Assembly (NCBI GenBank): GCA_963778655.1
Contig: CAVZVA010000005.1
Coordinates: 1 to 64,000 of the forward strand
Reading direction: 5' to 3'
Source of the DNA: an uncultured delta proteobacterium
GTDB lineage: Bacteria > Myxococcota_A > Polyangia > Polyangiales > JAFGIB01
DNA length: 64,000 nucleotides
Of this stretch, positions 53,803 through 63,146 are shown in pieces (positions within the stretch are counted from its first letter, which is position 1; each line of letters opens with the position of its first letter). The notes under the pieces are model-generated. The model saw only the letters and a list, made by a program, of their open reading frames with translations. It did no database searches and was not told the origin of the DNA. Made by a program: the position numbers and the translations under genes.

Positions 53803-53891
53803 CATCAGGCCGAACCTGAAACTGCAAGGCGGGAGATCCCGAGGATCCTTCCCCTCCGTCTTCCCGTCTCTCGGAAGAGCGCGGCGGCGCC

Positions 53892-54473
53892 TCAGGCTTC
53901 CAGGTCGCGCGCCAGCTCTTCGCGCAGAACCGGTGGCAGCGCGGCGCGCAGCGGGTAGTCCGGATGTGAGATCACCAGCGCGGCGGGCCGCGTCCGATCA
54001 CGCAGGGTCGCGGCCGCGGCGGCGCCCGGCTCGAAGCGCAGGTAGCAGACCGCGGGCAGGCGCCCGAGCTCCTCGCCGAAGTGGGTGGCGAAACGTGCCT
54101 GGGACAGCTGCTCGCCGATCTGCAGCGCGACCTGCTCGCGCAGGCTGGCGAAGCGTTCGAGCATGACCCGGCGCTCGGCCGCATCGTCGTACTCGATGAA
54201 GAGCGTGGCGGAGAGCGCGCCGGCCGGGGGAATCAGCTCGTTGTAGGTTTCCAGCTCGTGCGCGATCGCGCGCTCGTCGCTGATGCGCTCGGTGCGCAGC
54301 ATCTCCTGAATCTGGAGCAGCATGGTGTCATGGTTCTCGAACACCAGCGACATGTGCTCGCCGAGCTGCAGGCGGCGGTTGGCCTTGAGCGCGATCACGC
54401 GCGAGCGGAAGCGCTCGCGGATCTGCTCGTAGGGTCCGAGATCGAGTAGCTCCGAACGATCGACGGTCTTCAT
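53892..54473 (-). CDS. DUF3501 family protein
   Basis: YEQIRERFR, FENHDT..QIQEMLRTE, ELETYNELIP, SATLFIE; downstream of rubrerythrin. Confidence 0.85.
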   Translation of the reverse strand: MKTVDRSELLDLGPYEQIRERFRSRVIALKANRRLQLGEHMSLVFENHDTMLLQIQEMLRTERISDERAIAHELETYNELIPPAGALSATLFIEYDDAAERRVMLERFASLREQVALQIGEQLSQARFATHFGEELGRLPAVCYLRFEPGAAAAATLRDRTRPAALVISHPDYPLRAALPPVLREELARDLEA

Positions 54474-54568
54474 GCTCGCCTCCTGTGGCCGCAAGCTCCC
54501 TGTGCGCGAGGCAAAGCCTCGCGCATGCACCCTCTCGCGGTGGTGCGGCATCCGCCGCACCGCTCCTA

Positions 54569-54733
54569 GAGCACCGAACATATTGAAACGTGTGCGAAGT
54601 CGGGGTCATGGCGGGATGCAGGGTGCCGGCGGGAGCCCGAAGGCGTAGTCCATCCTACGTCGAGCGGGGAGCGCGCGTGCCATGCGCCCGCGAGGGCCCC
54701 GAAATCGTGCGTGTTTCAATATGTTCGGTGCTC
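54569..54733. repeat. MITE-like element with perfect 21-bp terminal inverted repeats
   Basis: GAGCACCGAACATATTGAAAC (54569-54589) and GTTTCAATATGTTCGGTGCTC (54713-54733). Confidence 0.75.
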
Positions 54734-54772
54734 CAGTCGCACCGAACGCGCGTGCCCGAGCCGCGAGGGTTC

Positions 54773-54820
54773 ACAGGAAGACGGGAAGAACAGCCGTGTG
54801 CGTGCTTCCCGCCTTCCCGG
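54773..54820. repeat. Palindromic repeat family 2, copy 2 (partial)
   Basis: ACAGGAAGACGGGAAG ... CTTCCCGCCTTCCCG. Confidence 0.6.
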
Positions 54821-54873
54821 TCTTGCATCCTCCGCAGGGGCCGGAGGGCACGGCCGCCGCTGTGCGGCGGCGC

Positions 54874-55297
<424 letters not shown>

Positions 55298-55325
55298 GTT
55301 CTTGCTCTCCTCTTTGTGGCGTTGC

Positions 55326-55751
55326 TCAGGCGGCGCTGGCGCACTTGGCGCACAGGCCGCGGTAGATCCGTTCCACGCGCGCGACGCGAAACCCCGGCAG
55401 GCTGCACCCGGCCTCGCCTTGGGCAGGCGCCTGCAGCGTAACGTCGCGAATCGCGCCGCAGTGCTCGCACACCGCGTGGTCGTGCGGCTCGACGTTGGGG
55501 TCGAAGCGGCTGGGGCCGCCCATGTCGAGCTGGCGGCAGTGCCTGAGCGCGCCGAGCGCGCTCAGGGTGTTGTAGACGGTCGCCACCGACATGCTCGGAA
55601 AGCGAGCGCGCAGCCGTTCGTGCAGCTCCTGGGCCGTGGGGTGGGTGTGGTCGCGCGCCAGGCACTCGGCGATCGCCAGCCGCTGCGGAGTCACCTTGAG
55701 GCCGGCGGCGCGCAGCGTCTGCATCAGGCTCAGGCTGGAGTCGCGATCCAT
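55326..55751 (-). CDS. Fur-family regulator, PerR-like
   Basis: KVTPQR, HPTA, ATVYNTL, HDHAVCEHCG, GLCAKC; directly upstream of rubrerythrin. Confidence 0.9.
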   Translation of the reverse strand: MDRDSSLSLMQTLRAAGLKVTPQRLAIAECLARDHTHPTAQELHERLRARFPSMSVATVYNTLSALGALRHCRQLDMGGPSRFDPNVEPHDHAVCEHCGAIRDVTLQAPAQGEAGCSLPGFRVARVERIYRGLCAKCASAA

Positions 55752-55757
55752 TCTTAC

Positions 55758-55774
55758 TTGATAATGGTTCTAAT
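55758..55774. promoter_or_regulatory. Candidate Fur/PerR box
   Basis: AT-rich imperfect palindrome TTGATAATGGTTCTAAT immediately upstream of the regulator's ATG. Confidence 0.55.
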
Positions 55775-55947
55775 CGAGCCCCCGCGCAACCCGGCCGCGC
55801 GTCCTTTGGTGCGGGCCGGGTGCCGCCCCGCCACCCGCGCACGGAGCGCGAAGCATAGGCCCCGGGGCGCCACGGCCGCAACCGCGAGAGGCGCGCGCTC
55901 GCGGACCGCGGTTTGCCGGCCCGCCGGCTCGGGCGGCGCTATGCTGG

Positions 55948-57729
55948 ATGGGTGAGGTTTCCGGCGTGAGCGAAACCGCGCGGCGCGTGCCGGCGCACCT
56001 GCGGCGTTTCGTGGTGCAGCAAGACTACGCGGCCTACACCGCGGTCGACCACGCGGTGTGGCGCTTCGTGCTGCTGCAGATGTACGACCGGCTCACGCGC
56101 GCCGCGCACCCGGCCTATGCGCGCGGGCTCGCCCAGACCGGAATGTCGGTCGAGCGCATCCCGCGCATCGCGGAGATGGACGCCTGCTTGAGCGAGCTCG
56201 GATGGGGCGCGGTGTGCGTGGACGGCTTCATCCCCCCGCGCGCATTTCAGGAGTTTCAGGCGCGCTCGATTCTGCCGATCGCCGCCGAGATCCGCCGGGT
56301 CGAGCATCTGCCCTACACGCCCGCACCCGACATCATCCACGAGGCTGCGGGGCATGCGCCCATCCTGCCAGACCCCGACTACGGCGCGTTCCTGCGCCGC
56401 ATCGGCGAGCACGGCATGCACGCGTTCGCGTCGGCTCGCGATGCGCGCATGTACGAGGCGATCTACCGGCTGTCGCTGGTCAAGGAGCTGCGCGACGCCG
56501 ATCCCGCGCAGGTGCGTACGGCCGAGCAGGCGCTGGCCGCGCTGGTGGCCGAAGCGGCGCAGCCGAGCGAGGCGGCGCGGCTGGCTCGGCTCTACTGGTG
56601 GACGGTCGAGTACGGTCTGGTCGGGACGCCGCGGGCCTACAAGCTGTACGGCGCGGGCCTGCTGTCCTCCCTGGCCGAAAGCCATTTCTGCCACGACCCG
56701 GGCGTGCGCAAGCTGCCCTTGGGGCCGGACTGCGTGGAGGTCGATTACGACATCACGAGCCCACAGCCGCAGCTGTTCGTGGCGCGCGACTTCGCGCAGC
56801 TCTCGGCGCTGCTGGACGAGGTTTGTGCCGGCTTCGCGTTTCGCCAAGGCGGGCTGCACGGGCTGCGCGTCGCGCGCGAGGCCGGCGAGCTGGCCACGGT
56901 GGCGCTCGATTCAGGGCTGGAGCTGACAGGCAAGATCGCCGAGCTGAGCGAGACCGGCGCCGAGCCCGCGCTGATAGCCTTCGACGGCGCCTGCGCGCTG
57001 GGCGCGGGCGGGCGCCTGCTCGCTGCACACGGCCCCGGCGCCTATCCCAGCGGAATGGGCGCGCTGCTCGGCGCGCTCGCGGACGGCCGCCAGCTGGCGA
57101 CCTTCGCAGCCGACTTGGACGCCCGCGGCGGCATCCAGCCGGTGCGGCTGGAGCTCGCGAGCGGGCTACGCGTGGAGGGGCGGTTGCGCGCGCTCGCGGC
57201 GCAGGCCGGCCAGCCGCTGGCTCTGGTGCTGGAGCACGCGCGCGTGTATCGGGGGGGGCAGCAACTGTGGGCGCGCCTCGATGCGCCGCTGCTGTGGCCT
57301 GGCGGTTGCAGCGTGCGCAGCGTGCGCGCCGGCGCCGAGGACGGCGCCTACTTTCCCGAGGCCGATTGGCCCGAAGTCGCCGCCCCCGCGCGCGAGCCGG
57401 AGGACGCGGAGCAACGCGCGCGCAGGCTGCTGTACGAACGCGCGGCGGCGGCCCGCGCGCAAGCCGGCCGCGCGGCCGGCGACGAGCTGTCGACATTGCA
57501 CGAGACGTTGCTGCGCGAGGGACGCGCGGAGTGGCTGCTGCGCTGGAACCTGCTCGAGAGCTTGACCCGGCTCGAGCTCGATCCGGCGCGCCGCGAACGG
57601 TTGGCCGCCGAGCTCTGGCAGCTCGAGCACCGCTTCGGCGGCCGCCATCCCATCGCCATGGGATTGCGCTATCTCGGCTGTGCCGAGCCGGGCGCGGCGC
57701 TCAAGGGGCGATCTGCAAGCTCGCGGTGA
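55948..57729 (+). CDS. phhA: Phenylalanine 4-hydroxylase, long form
   Basis: DGFIPP..F, YTPAPDIIHEAAGHAP, YWWTVEYGL, YGAGLLSS, YDITSPQPQLFV. Confidence 0.9.
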   Translation: MGEVSGVSETARRVPAHLRRFVVQQDYAAYTAVDHAVWRFVLLQMYDRLTRAAHPAYARGLAQTGMSVERIPRIAEMDACLSELGWGAVCVDGFIPPRAFQEFQARSILPIAAEIRRVEHLPYTPAPDIIHEAAGHAPILPDPDYGAFLRRIGEHGMHAFASARDARMYEAIYRLSLVKELRDADPAQVRTAEQALAALVAEAAQPSEAARLARLYWWTVEYGLVGTPRAYKLYGAGLLSSLAESHFCHDPGVRKLPLGPDCVEVDYDITSPQPQLFVARDFAQLSALLDEVCAGFAFRQGGLHGLRVAREAGELATVALDSGLELTGKIAELSETGAEPALIAFDGACALGAGGRLLAAHGPGAYPSGMGALLGALADGRQLATFAADLDARGGIQPVRLELASGLRVEGRLRALAAQAGQPLALVLEHARVYRGGQQLWARLDAPLLWPGGCSVRSVRAGAEDGAYFPEADWPEVAAPAREPEDAEQRARRLLYERAAAARAQAGRAAGDELSTLHETLLREGRAEWLLRWNLLESLTRLELDPARRERLAAELWQLEHRFGGRHPIAMGLRYLGCAEPGAALKGRSASSR

Positions 57730-58570
57730 TCTGCACCGCCGTCGCGTACAACGCACCCGCGAGCGTGGAGCACGACAGCACGCCCTGCTGCACGTCAGTC
57801 AGGTCGGGCTTGCAGGCAAACAGCAGCTCGTCGGTGGTCGAGGGATCGTCGTGATCCCAGGCTTCGAAACGCAGCACGTCGCCCTTCATGAGCTGCAGCG
57901 GGAAGGGCGCGTCGTGGTACGTCGGATCGTCGGATCCCTTCACGTAGCTGGTTTGGCCGACCAAAGTCTCGTCGCCGCTGCGGACCAGGATCACGCGTAT
58001 GTACGGATCGACGGCGCACGCGCACAAGGAGTACGGAATGGACAACACGTTGTCACACACCAAGTCGTAGCAACGAGTGTCCAGGCTGCTGGACCTGGGT
58101 ACGGTCGCAGATTCGATCTGCAGCGTGTAGCGCCCCGGCGTCTGCACTGCCACCGGCTTGCACTGGTGATCGATGCATTGCTCGTCCGGCTTGCACACGG
58201 GATCGCAGGGTGGCTTGGCTGCGGCCGCGTCGAGCTCGACCGCGGCTCCCGAATCGTCGTCGGCGGGGGCCGTCGCGTCCGGCAGCGCCTTGGCCGCATC
58301 GCCTGCGTCCATCGGCTCGGGCGGGGAGCTGCCGGCGTCCTGCGGGCGACCGGCATCCATGTCCGACTTCACCACGGCTGCGTCCATGTGCGCCTTACAC
58401 GTAGCGGTGCCGAAGCAGTCGGGATCGCGGCAATCGAGCAAGCCGTCGTGGTCGTCGTCCAGGTGGTTGTTGCACGCCACCTCGCCGTACTCGCCCGGCC
58501 GTTGCGACCTGCAGCCGGCCACCGCCAGCGCCAGGGCCGCAAAGACTGCTTGAGATACGATCGGCCGCAT
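57701..58570 (-). CDS. Lipoprotein with Asp/Cys-rich repeat and C2-like domain
   Basis: Lipobox VAGC; CNNHLDDDHDGLLDCRDPDC; DPYIRV..QTSYV..DDPTY..FEAWDHD..DELL. Confidence 0.7.
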   Translation of the reverse strand: MRPIVSQAVFAALALAVAGCRSQRPGEYGEVACNNHLDDDHDGLLDCRDPDCFGTATCKAHMDAAVVKSDMDAGRPQDAGSSPPEPMDAGDAAKALPDATAPADDDSGAAVELDAAAAKPPCDPVCKPDEQCIDHQCKPVAVQTPGRYTLQIESATVPRSSSLDTRCYDLVCDNVLSIPYSLCACAVDPYIRVILVRSGDETLVGQTSYVKGSDDPTYHDAPFPLQLMKGDVLRFEAWDHDDPSTTDELLFACKPDLTDVQQGVLSCSTLAGALYATAVQITASLQIAP

Positions 58571-58678
58571 CACCGCTCGCGGCGCGCGGTGGCCCCACCC
58601 TCGGTAGCCCCGCGCGGCGTGCTCCGCAGCCAAGCATAGCAGGGAGCCGCCGCCGCCGCAGCCGCCGGCGCGGGGGCG

Positions 58679-59305
58679 TCAGTGGATGATGTCCAGCGGA
58701 TGGTGGTGCAGGTCTTCGCCTTCGAGCGTGGGGGCAGGCTTCCAGCGCAGGAACACCTGTCCCAGGCAGCGATCGGGGTCGACCTCGCCCAGCTCGCGGC
58801 TGTCGAAGCTCGGCTCGCTGCGGTTGTCGCCGAGCAGGTAGACGCCCTTCTCCACGGTGTACGGGCGCAAGCTGAAGACGTCGCCTTGCTGCACGAAGAA
58901 CGCATGGCTGTGCTTGCCGAAATAGTCGATCTCGCTCATCACCATGTCCTGCATGCGCTTGCGGGTCGCGTCGTAGAACTGGATCCGCTCGCCGCCTTGG
59001 GTGGCCGTCTGATCGTTGTCCACGTAGAGCTGTCCGTTGAAGTCGGTGTGCACCGAGTGACCGGAAAACGCGATTGCACGTCCGATCACCTGTTGGCCCG
59101 TGCGTACGGGGTTCTCGCACACGACCACGTCGGCCATGTCGACGCGCGCACCCTTCCACACCAACACCTCGTCGCCGTAGACCAGCGTCGGCGCCATGCC
59201 GTTGTCGGTCACCGTCACCACCTCGACGAAGAACATCCGCAGCAGGGCGCCGCAGATGATCAGAGCCGCGGCCACGTTGAGCAGAACCTTGCCGGTGTCG
59301 CCCAT
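58679..59305 (-). CDS. Signal peptidase I (S26) homologue lacking the catalytic Ser/Lys
   Basis: N-terminal TM, GMAPTL..GD, IGRAIA, LLGDNR...DSRELG. Confidence 0.85.
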   Translation of the reverse strand: MGDTGKVLLNVAAALIICGALLRMFFVEVVTVTDNGMAPTLVYGDEVLVWKGARVDMADVVVCENPVRTGQQVIGRAIAFSGHSVHTDFNGQLYVDNDQTATQGGERIQFYDATRKRMQDMVMSEIDYFGKHSHAFFVQQGDVFSLRPYTVEKGVYLLGDNRSEPSFDSRELGEVDPDRCLGQVFLRWKPAPTLEGEDLHHHPLDIIH

Positions 59306-59527
59306 GTTTAGTGCTCTGACCGGGCGATTCTGATCGGACCTCGCGCCCGATCCGACGCCGCCCGGGACGCGGCTTTGCTCGAAAGCGGGGCTACCCTTCC
59401 TTCGCCAACCGACGCCCCGCTAGCCACCACCTCAGACCCGATCTCGCTTCAAAACCGACCTCGCGTGTGGCCGGACCGGACCGATACTGCTGGGTTTCGC
59501 CGCGCTTGGCAAACTCGCGCTCGAGGC

Positions 59528-60151
59528 TCAGCGGGCTGCGCGCGCGGCGTCGATCGCCGCGAGCAGCACCCGCAGCGACGCGTCCGGCTGCTCGCTCTGC
59601 AGCAGCCCGCGGATCGCTGCCAGACCGCACGCGCCGCGTTCGATCAGCGCGCCCGCGCTCGACGCGTCGACGCCGCCCAGCGCGAGCACGTCGATCGGGC
59701 TCTGGCCGGCGATCGCGGCGAAGCCCTCCAGCCCCAGTGCGGCGCCCTTGCCAGGCACCGCGAACACCGGGCTGAGCGTGACGAACGAAGCGCCCTCGCG
59801 GGCGGCGGCGAGCACGCCCGAGAGATCGTGGCGCGAAGCGCCGATCAGCGCGGCCGGGCCCAGTCGCGCGCGCGCCTCGGCGACGGGCGGGCCGCGCTCG
59901 GGTAGCTGCACGCCGTCCGCGTCCACCGCCATCGCGAGCGCCAGCTCGGCGTTCAGCAGCAGCGCCGCGCCGCGCGCCCGGGTCAGCGCGCGCAGCCGGC
60001 GCGCAAGCGCGTCGCGCTCGGCCGCCGGCAGGTGCGCGGCACGAAGCTGAACCCCGACCCGGCCCGGCGGCGCGGCGGCCAGCAGCCGCTCCGCGCTGGC
60101 GGCGATCTCGGCCAAGGAGCGCTCGGGCGTGATCGCGTACACGTCGAACAT
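59528..60151 (-). CDS. thiE: Thiamine phosphate synthase family (ThiE/TenI)
   Basis: VQLR, ADGVQL, IGASRH, LSPVF, LALGG; downstream of thiG. Confidence 0.75.
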   Translation of the reverse strand: MFDVYAITPERSLAEIAASAERLLAAAPPGRVGVQLRAAHLPAAERDALARRLRALTRARGAALLLNAELALAMAVDADGVQLPERGPPVAEARARLGPAALIGASRHDLSGVLAAAREGASFVTLSPVFAVPGKGAALGLEGFAAIAGQSPIDVLALGGVDASSAGALIERGACGLAAIRGLLQSEQPDASLRVLLAAIDAARAAR

Positions 60152-60182
60152 GCCGGTCTGCTCGCGGCCGGGTATCGGTGGA

Positions 60183-60971
60183 TCAGCTGGACTGCTTGCT
60201 GCCGATCACGCCCTGCAACGGGCTCGACGCGCTCGCGTACAGTCGCCGCGGAATGCGCCCGGCCAGGAAGGCCTCGCGTCCGGCCTCGATCGCGAGCCGC
60301 ATCGCGCGCGCCATGCGCACGGGGTCCTGCGCACCCGCGATCGCGGTGTTCATCAGCACGCCGTCGCAACCCAGCTCCATCGCGATTGCTGCGTCCGAAG
60401 CGGTGCCCACGCCGGCGTCGACGATCAGCGGTATCGCGATTTGCTGGCGCATGATCTCGAGGTTGTACGGATTGCGGATGCCGAGGCCGCTGCCGATCGG
60501 CGCCGCCAGCGGCATCACCGCCGCGCAGCCGAGATCCGCGAGCTTCCTGGCGCTGATCGGATCGTCGGTGGTGTAGGGCAGCACGGTGAAGCCTTCCTTC
60601 ACCAGCACTTCGGCCGCCTTCAGCGTCTGCACCACGTCGGGAAAGAGCGTCTGCGGATCGCCCAGCACCTCGACCTTGACCACGCCGCTCATGCCCAGCT
60701 CGCGCGCGAGCCTGCAGGTGCGAATGGCGTCCTCGGCCGTGTAGCAGCCGGCGGTGTTGGGCAGCAGCTGGTAGCCGCGCTCGCGCAGATAGCCGCGCAG
60801 GTCGTCGCCGCCTTTTGCCTTGAGGTCCAGCCGCCGCACCGCCACCGTGACCATCTGCGTGCCCGAGGCCTCGAGCGCCGCCTTGGTCTGGGCCAGGTCG
60901 CGGTACTTGCCCGTGCCCACGATCAGCCGCGAGCTCAGCTCGAGCCCTCCGATACGCAGCGCGTCGTCCAT
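60183..60971 (-). CDS. thiG: Thiazole synthase
   Basis: [37 protein letters not shown]. Confidence 0.96.
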   Translation of the reverse strand: MDDALRIGGLELSSRLIVGTGKYRDLAQTKAALEASGTQMVTVAVRRLDLKAKGGDDLRGYLRERGYQLLPNTAGCYTAEDAIRTCRLARELGMSGVVKVEVLGDPQTLFPDVVQTLKAAEVLVKEGFTVLPYTTDDPISARKLADLGCAAVMPLAAPIGSGLGIRNPYNLEIMRQQIAIPLIVDAGVGTASDAAIAMELGCDGVLMNTAIAGAQDPVRMARAMRLAIEAGREAFLAGRIPRRLYASASSPLQGVIGSKQSS

Positions 60972-60972
60972 C

Positions 60973-61173
60973 TCAACCGCCTCCTACGAACTGCACCACT
61001 TCCAGCGCATCGCCTTCGCACAGCGAGGTCGCCTCGTGCTCGGCGCGGGGCACGATTTCCTTGTTGCGCTCGACCGCGACCGGGCCGCCTTCGACTCCGA
61101 GCTCGCGCAGCAGCCCCATCACGGTGGTCCCCGGGGCCACCTCGCGCGCTTCACCGTTGAGCTCGATGCGCAT
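60973..61173 (-). CDS. thiS: Sulfur carrier protein
   Basis: 66 aa, VAVERN, C-terminal FVGGG. Confidence 0.95.
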   Translation of the reverse strand: MRIELNGEAREVAPGTTVMGLLRELGVEGGPVAVERNKEIVPRAEHEATSLCEGDALEVVQFVGGG

Positions 61174-61251
61174 ATGCGCGCGCAGCTTACACCCAGCGGG
61201 GCCCGCGCGCGATCCGCCGGAGGCCAGACGGATCCGCCTTCAGGATTCATC

Positions 61252-61334
61252 ACAGGCAGGCGGGAACACGCGAAGAATCAGGGCGCGGGACCTCCGCCTC
61301 GTCGTCGCACCTTCCCGTCATCCCGCCTTCCTGT
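61252..61334. repeat. Palindromic repeat family 2, copy 3
   Basis: ACAGGCAGGCGGGAACACGCGAAG ... CTTCCCGTCATCCCGCCTTCCTGT. Confidence 0.7.
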
Positions 61335-61427
61335 TTCATGGTTTCTGCCGCTGCTCCGGCCCACGCCGCGCGCGAGGCGCTGCCCCGCTTCCTTGACGCA
61401 GGCTCGGCGGGCGGTTAGCCATGGCGA

Positions 61428-62594
61428 ATGCCCGCGCAGGTGATTGGGCTGCCGGAGGGCCCTCGCGGCGCAAGGCCGCTGCCGCTCACTCGCTCCACGC
61501 GCGCCGAGATCGACCTCGGCGCGATGGCGCGTAACCTGGCCGCTGTGCGCGCGGTTGCGGGCGGCAGCCGTGTGTTCGGGGTGGTCAAGGCGGATGCGTA
61601 TGGGCACGGCCTGGTGCCGGTCTCGCGCTGGCTCGAACGCCAGGGCATCGACGGCCTGTGCGTGGCCCTGGCCGAGGAAGGCCTGAGCCTGCGTGCCTGT
61701 GGCGTCACCACGCCGATCCTGGTGCTGAGCGGAGCCTACGGCGACGCGCACGAACGCGTGCTCGCGGCGCACCTGACGCCGGTGATCTACAGCGCGACCC
61801 AAGCCGAGGCGTTCGCTCGCGCCGCGCACGGGCAAGCCTTCGGGGTGCACCTCAAGATCGACACCGGCATGGGCCGGCTGGGGGTATCGATGCACGAGCT
61901 CGACGCGCTGCTCGACGCGTTGCGCGGCTTGCCCAACCTGCGCGTCGATGGCGTGATGACGCACTTCTCGAGCGCCGACAGCGACGCCGAGGTCAGCCGC
62001 GATCAGCTCGCACGTTTCGAGCTGGCGCAAGCCGCGCTGCGCGCGCGCGGCTTCGCGCCGCGTCTGATCCACGCCGCCAACAGCGCGGGCACCTATTGCT
62101 TGCCCGAGGCGCGGCCGAACCTGGTGCGCGTGGGCCTGGCGCTCTACGGCGTGCCGCCCGCGCCCGGGCAGGGCGCCGAGCTCGCGCCGGTGATGAGCGT
62201 GCGCAGCGAGATCCTCGCCTTGCGCGAGCTGCCGGCCGGTAGCCCGGTGGGCTACGACCAGACCTACCGCACCGCGCGGCCCTCGCGCATCGCCACCGTG
62301 CCGATCGGCTACGGCGACGGATTGCTGCGCGCCGCCTCCAACCGCGGGGCCATGCTGGTGGGTGGGCGGCGCTGCCCGATCGTCGGCCGCATCTCGATGG
62401 ACCTCACCACGCTCGACGTGACCGATCTGCCCGCCTGCGCCGTGGGCGACGAGGTGATCGTGCTCGGGCGCCAGGGCGAGGCGCAGATCAGCGCCGAGGA
62501 TCTGGCGCAGGCCTGCGACACCATCGCCTACGAGGTGCTGACCAACATCTCGCCGCGCGTCCCGCGCATCTATCTCGGCGACGACCCGAGCTGA
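61428..62594 (+). CDS. alr: Alanine racemase
   Basis: VVKADAYGHG, HLKIDTGMGRLG, HAANSA, GYGDG, GRISMD, TIAYE. Confidence 0.96.
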   Translation: MPAQVIGLPEGPRGARPLPLTRSTRAEIDLGAMARNLAAVRAVAGGSRVFGVVKADAYGHGLVPVSRWLERQGIDGLCVALAEEGLSLRACGVTTPILVLSGAYGDAHERVLAAHLTPVIYSATQAEAFARAAHGQAFGVHLKIDTGMGRLGVSMHELDALLDALRGLPNLRVDGVMTHFSSADSDAEVSRDQLARFELAQAALRARGFAPRLIHAANSAGTYCLPEARPNLVRVGLALYGVPPAPGQGAELAPVMSVRSEILALRELPAGSPVGYDQTYRTARPSRIATVPIGYGDGLLRAASNRGAMLVGGRRCPIVGRISMDLTTLDVTDLPACAVGDEVIVLGRQGEAQISAEDLAQACDTIAYEVLTNISPRVPRIYLGDDPS

Positions 62595-62658
62595 GCGCCC
62601 CGCATTCGCGCGGTCCAAGCGGTGCAACCCGCGCGCCGAAGCGCATCGCAGCGCAGGG

Positions 62659-63146
62659 AGCGAAGCGACCGGCGCGGGAGGGTGGGACCCGTTTGGGCTT
62701 GGCCCAACGGGCGGGAGGGGCGCGTGCCCCTCCCGCTATCAAACCAGGGTGGGACCCGTTTGGGCTTGGCCCAACGGGCGGGAGGGGCGCGTGCCCCTCC
62801 CGCTATCAAACCAGGGTGGGACCCGATGGGCTTGGCCCAACGGGCGGGAGGGGCGCGTGCCCCTCCGACGACGACGCAACAAGAGCACGCGCGAGCGCAG
62901 CGAGCCCCGCGGGAGGGTGGGACCCGTTTGGGCTTGGCCCAACGGGCGGGAGGGGCGCGTGCCCCTCCCGCTATCAAACCAGGGTGGGACCCGTTTGGGC
63001 TTGGCCCAACGGGCGGGAGGGGCGCGTGCCCCTCCGACGACGACGCAACAAGAGCACGCGCGAGCGCAGCGAGCCCCGCGGGAGGGTGGGACCCGTTTGG
63101 GCTTGGCCCAACGGGCGGGAGGGGCGCGTGCCCCTCCCGCTATCAA
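62659..63146. repeat. REP/BIME-like array (family 1): six ~55-bp palindromic cores with two linker types
   Basis: Core AGGGTGGGACCCGTTTGGGCTTGGCCCAACGGGCGGGAGGGGCGCGTGCCCCTCC starts at 62679, 62746, 62813, 62914, 62981 and 63083. Confidence 0.95.

Noticed and set aside
61174..61427. TPP riboswitch upstream of thiS-thiG-thiE
   Set aside because: I could not find the conserved CUGAGA and ACCUGA elements on the minus strand; the region holds a family 2 palindrome instead. An Rfam scan would settle it.
62659..63146. CRISPR array
   Set aside because: Only two recurring linkers (12 and 47 bp) rather than unique spacers, a ~55-bp repeat, and no cas genes in the window.
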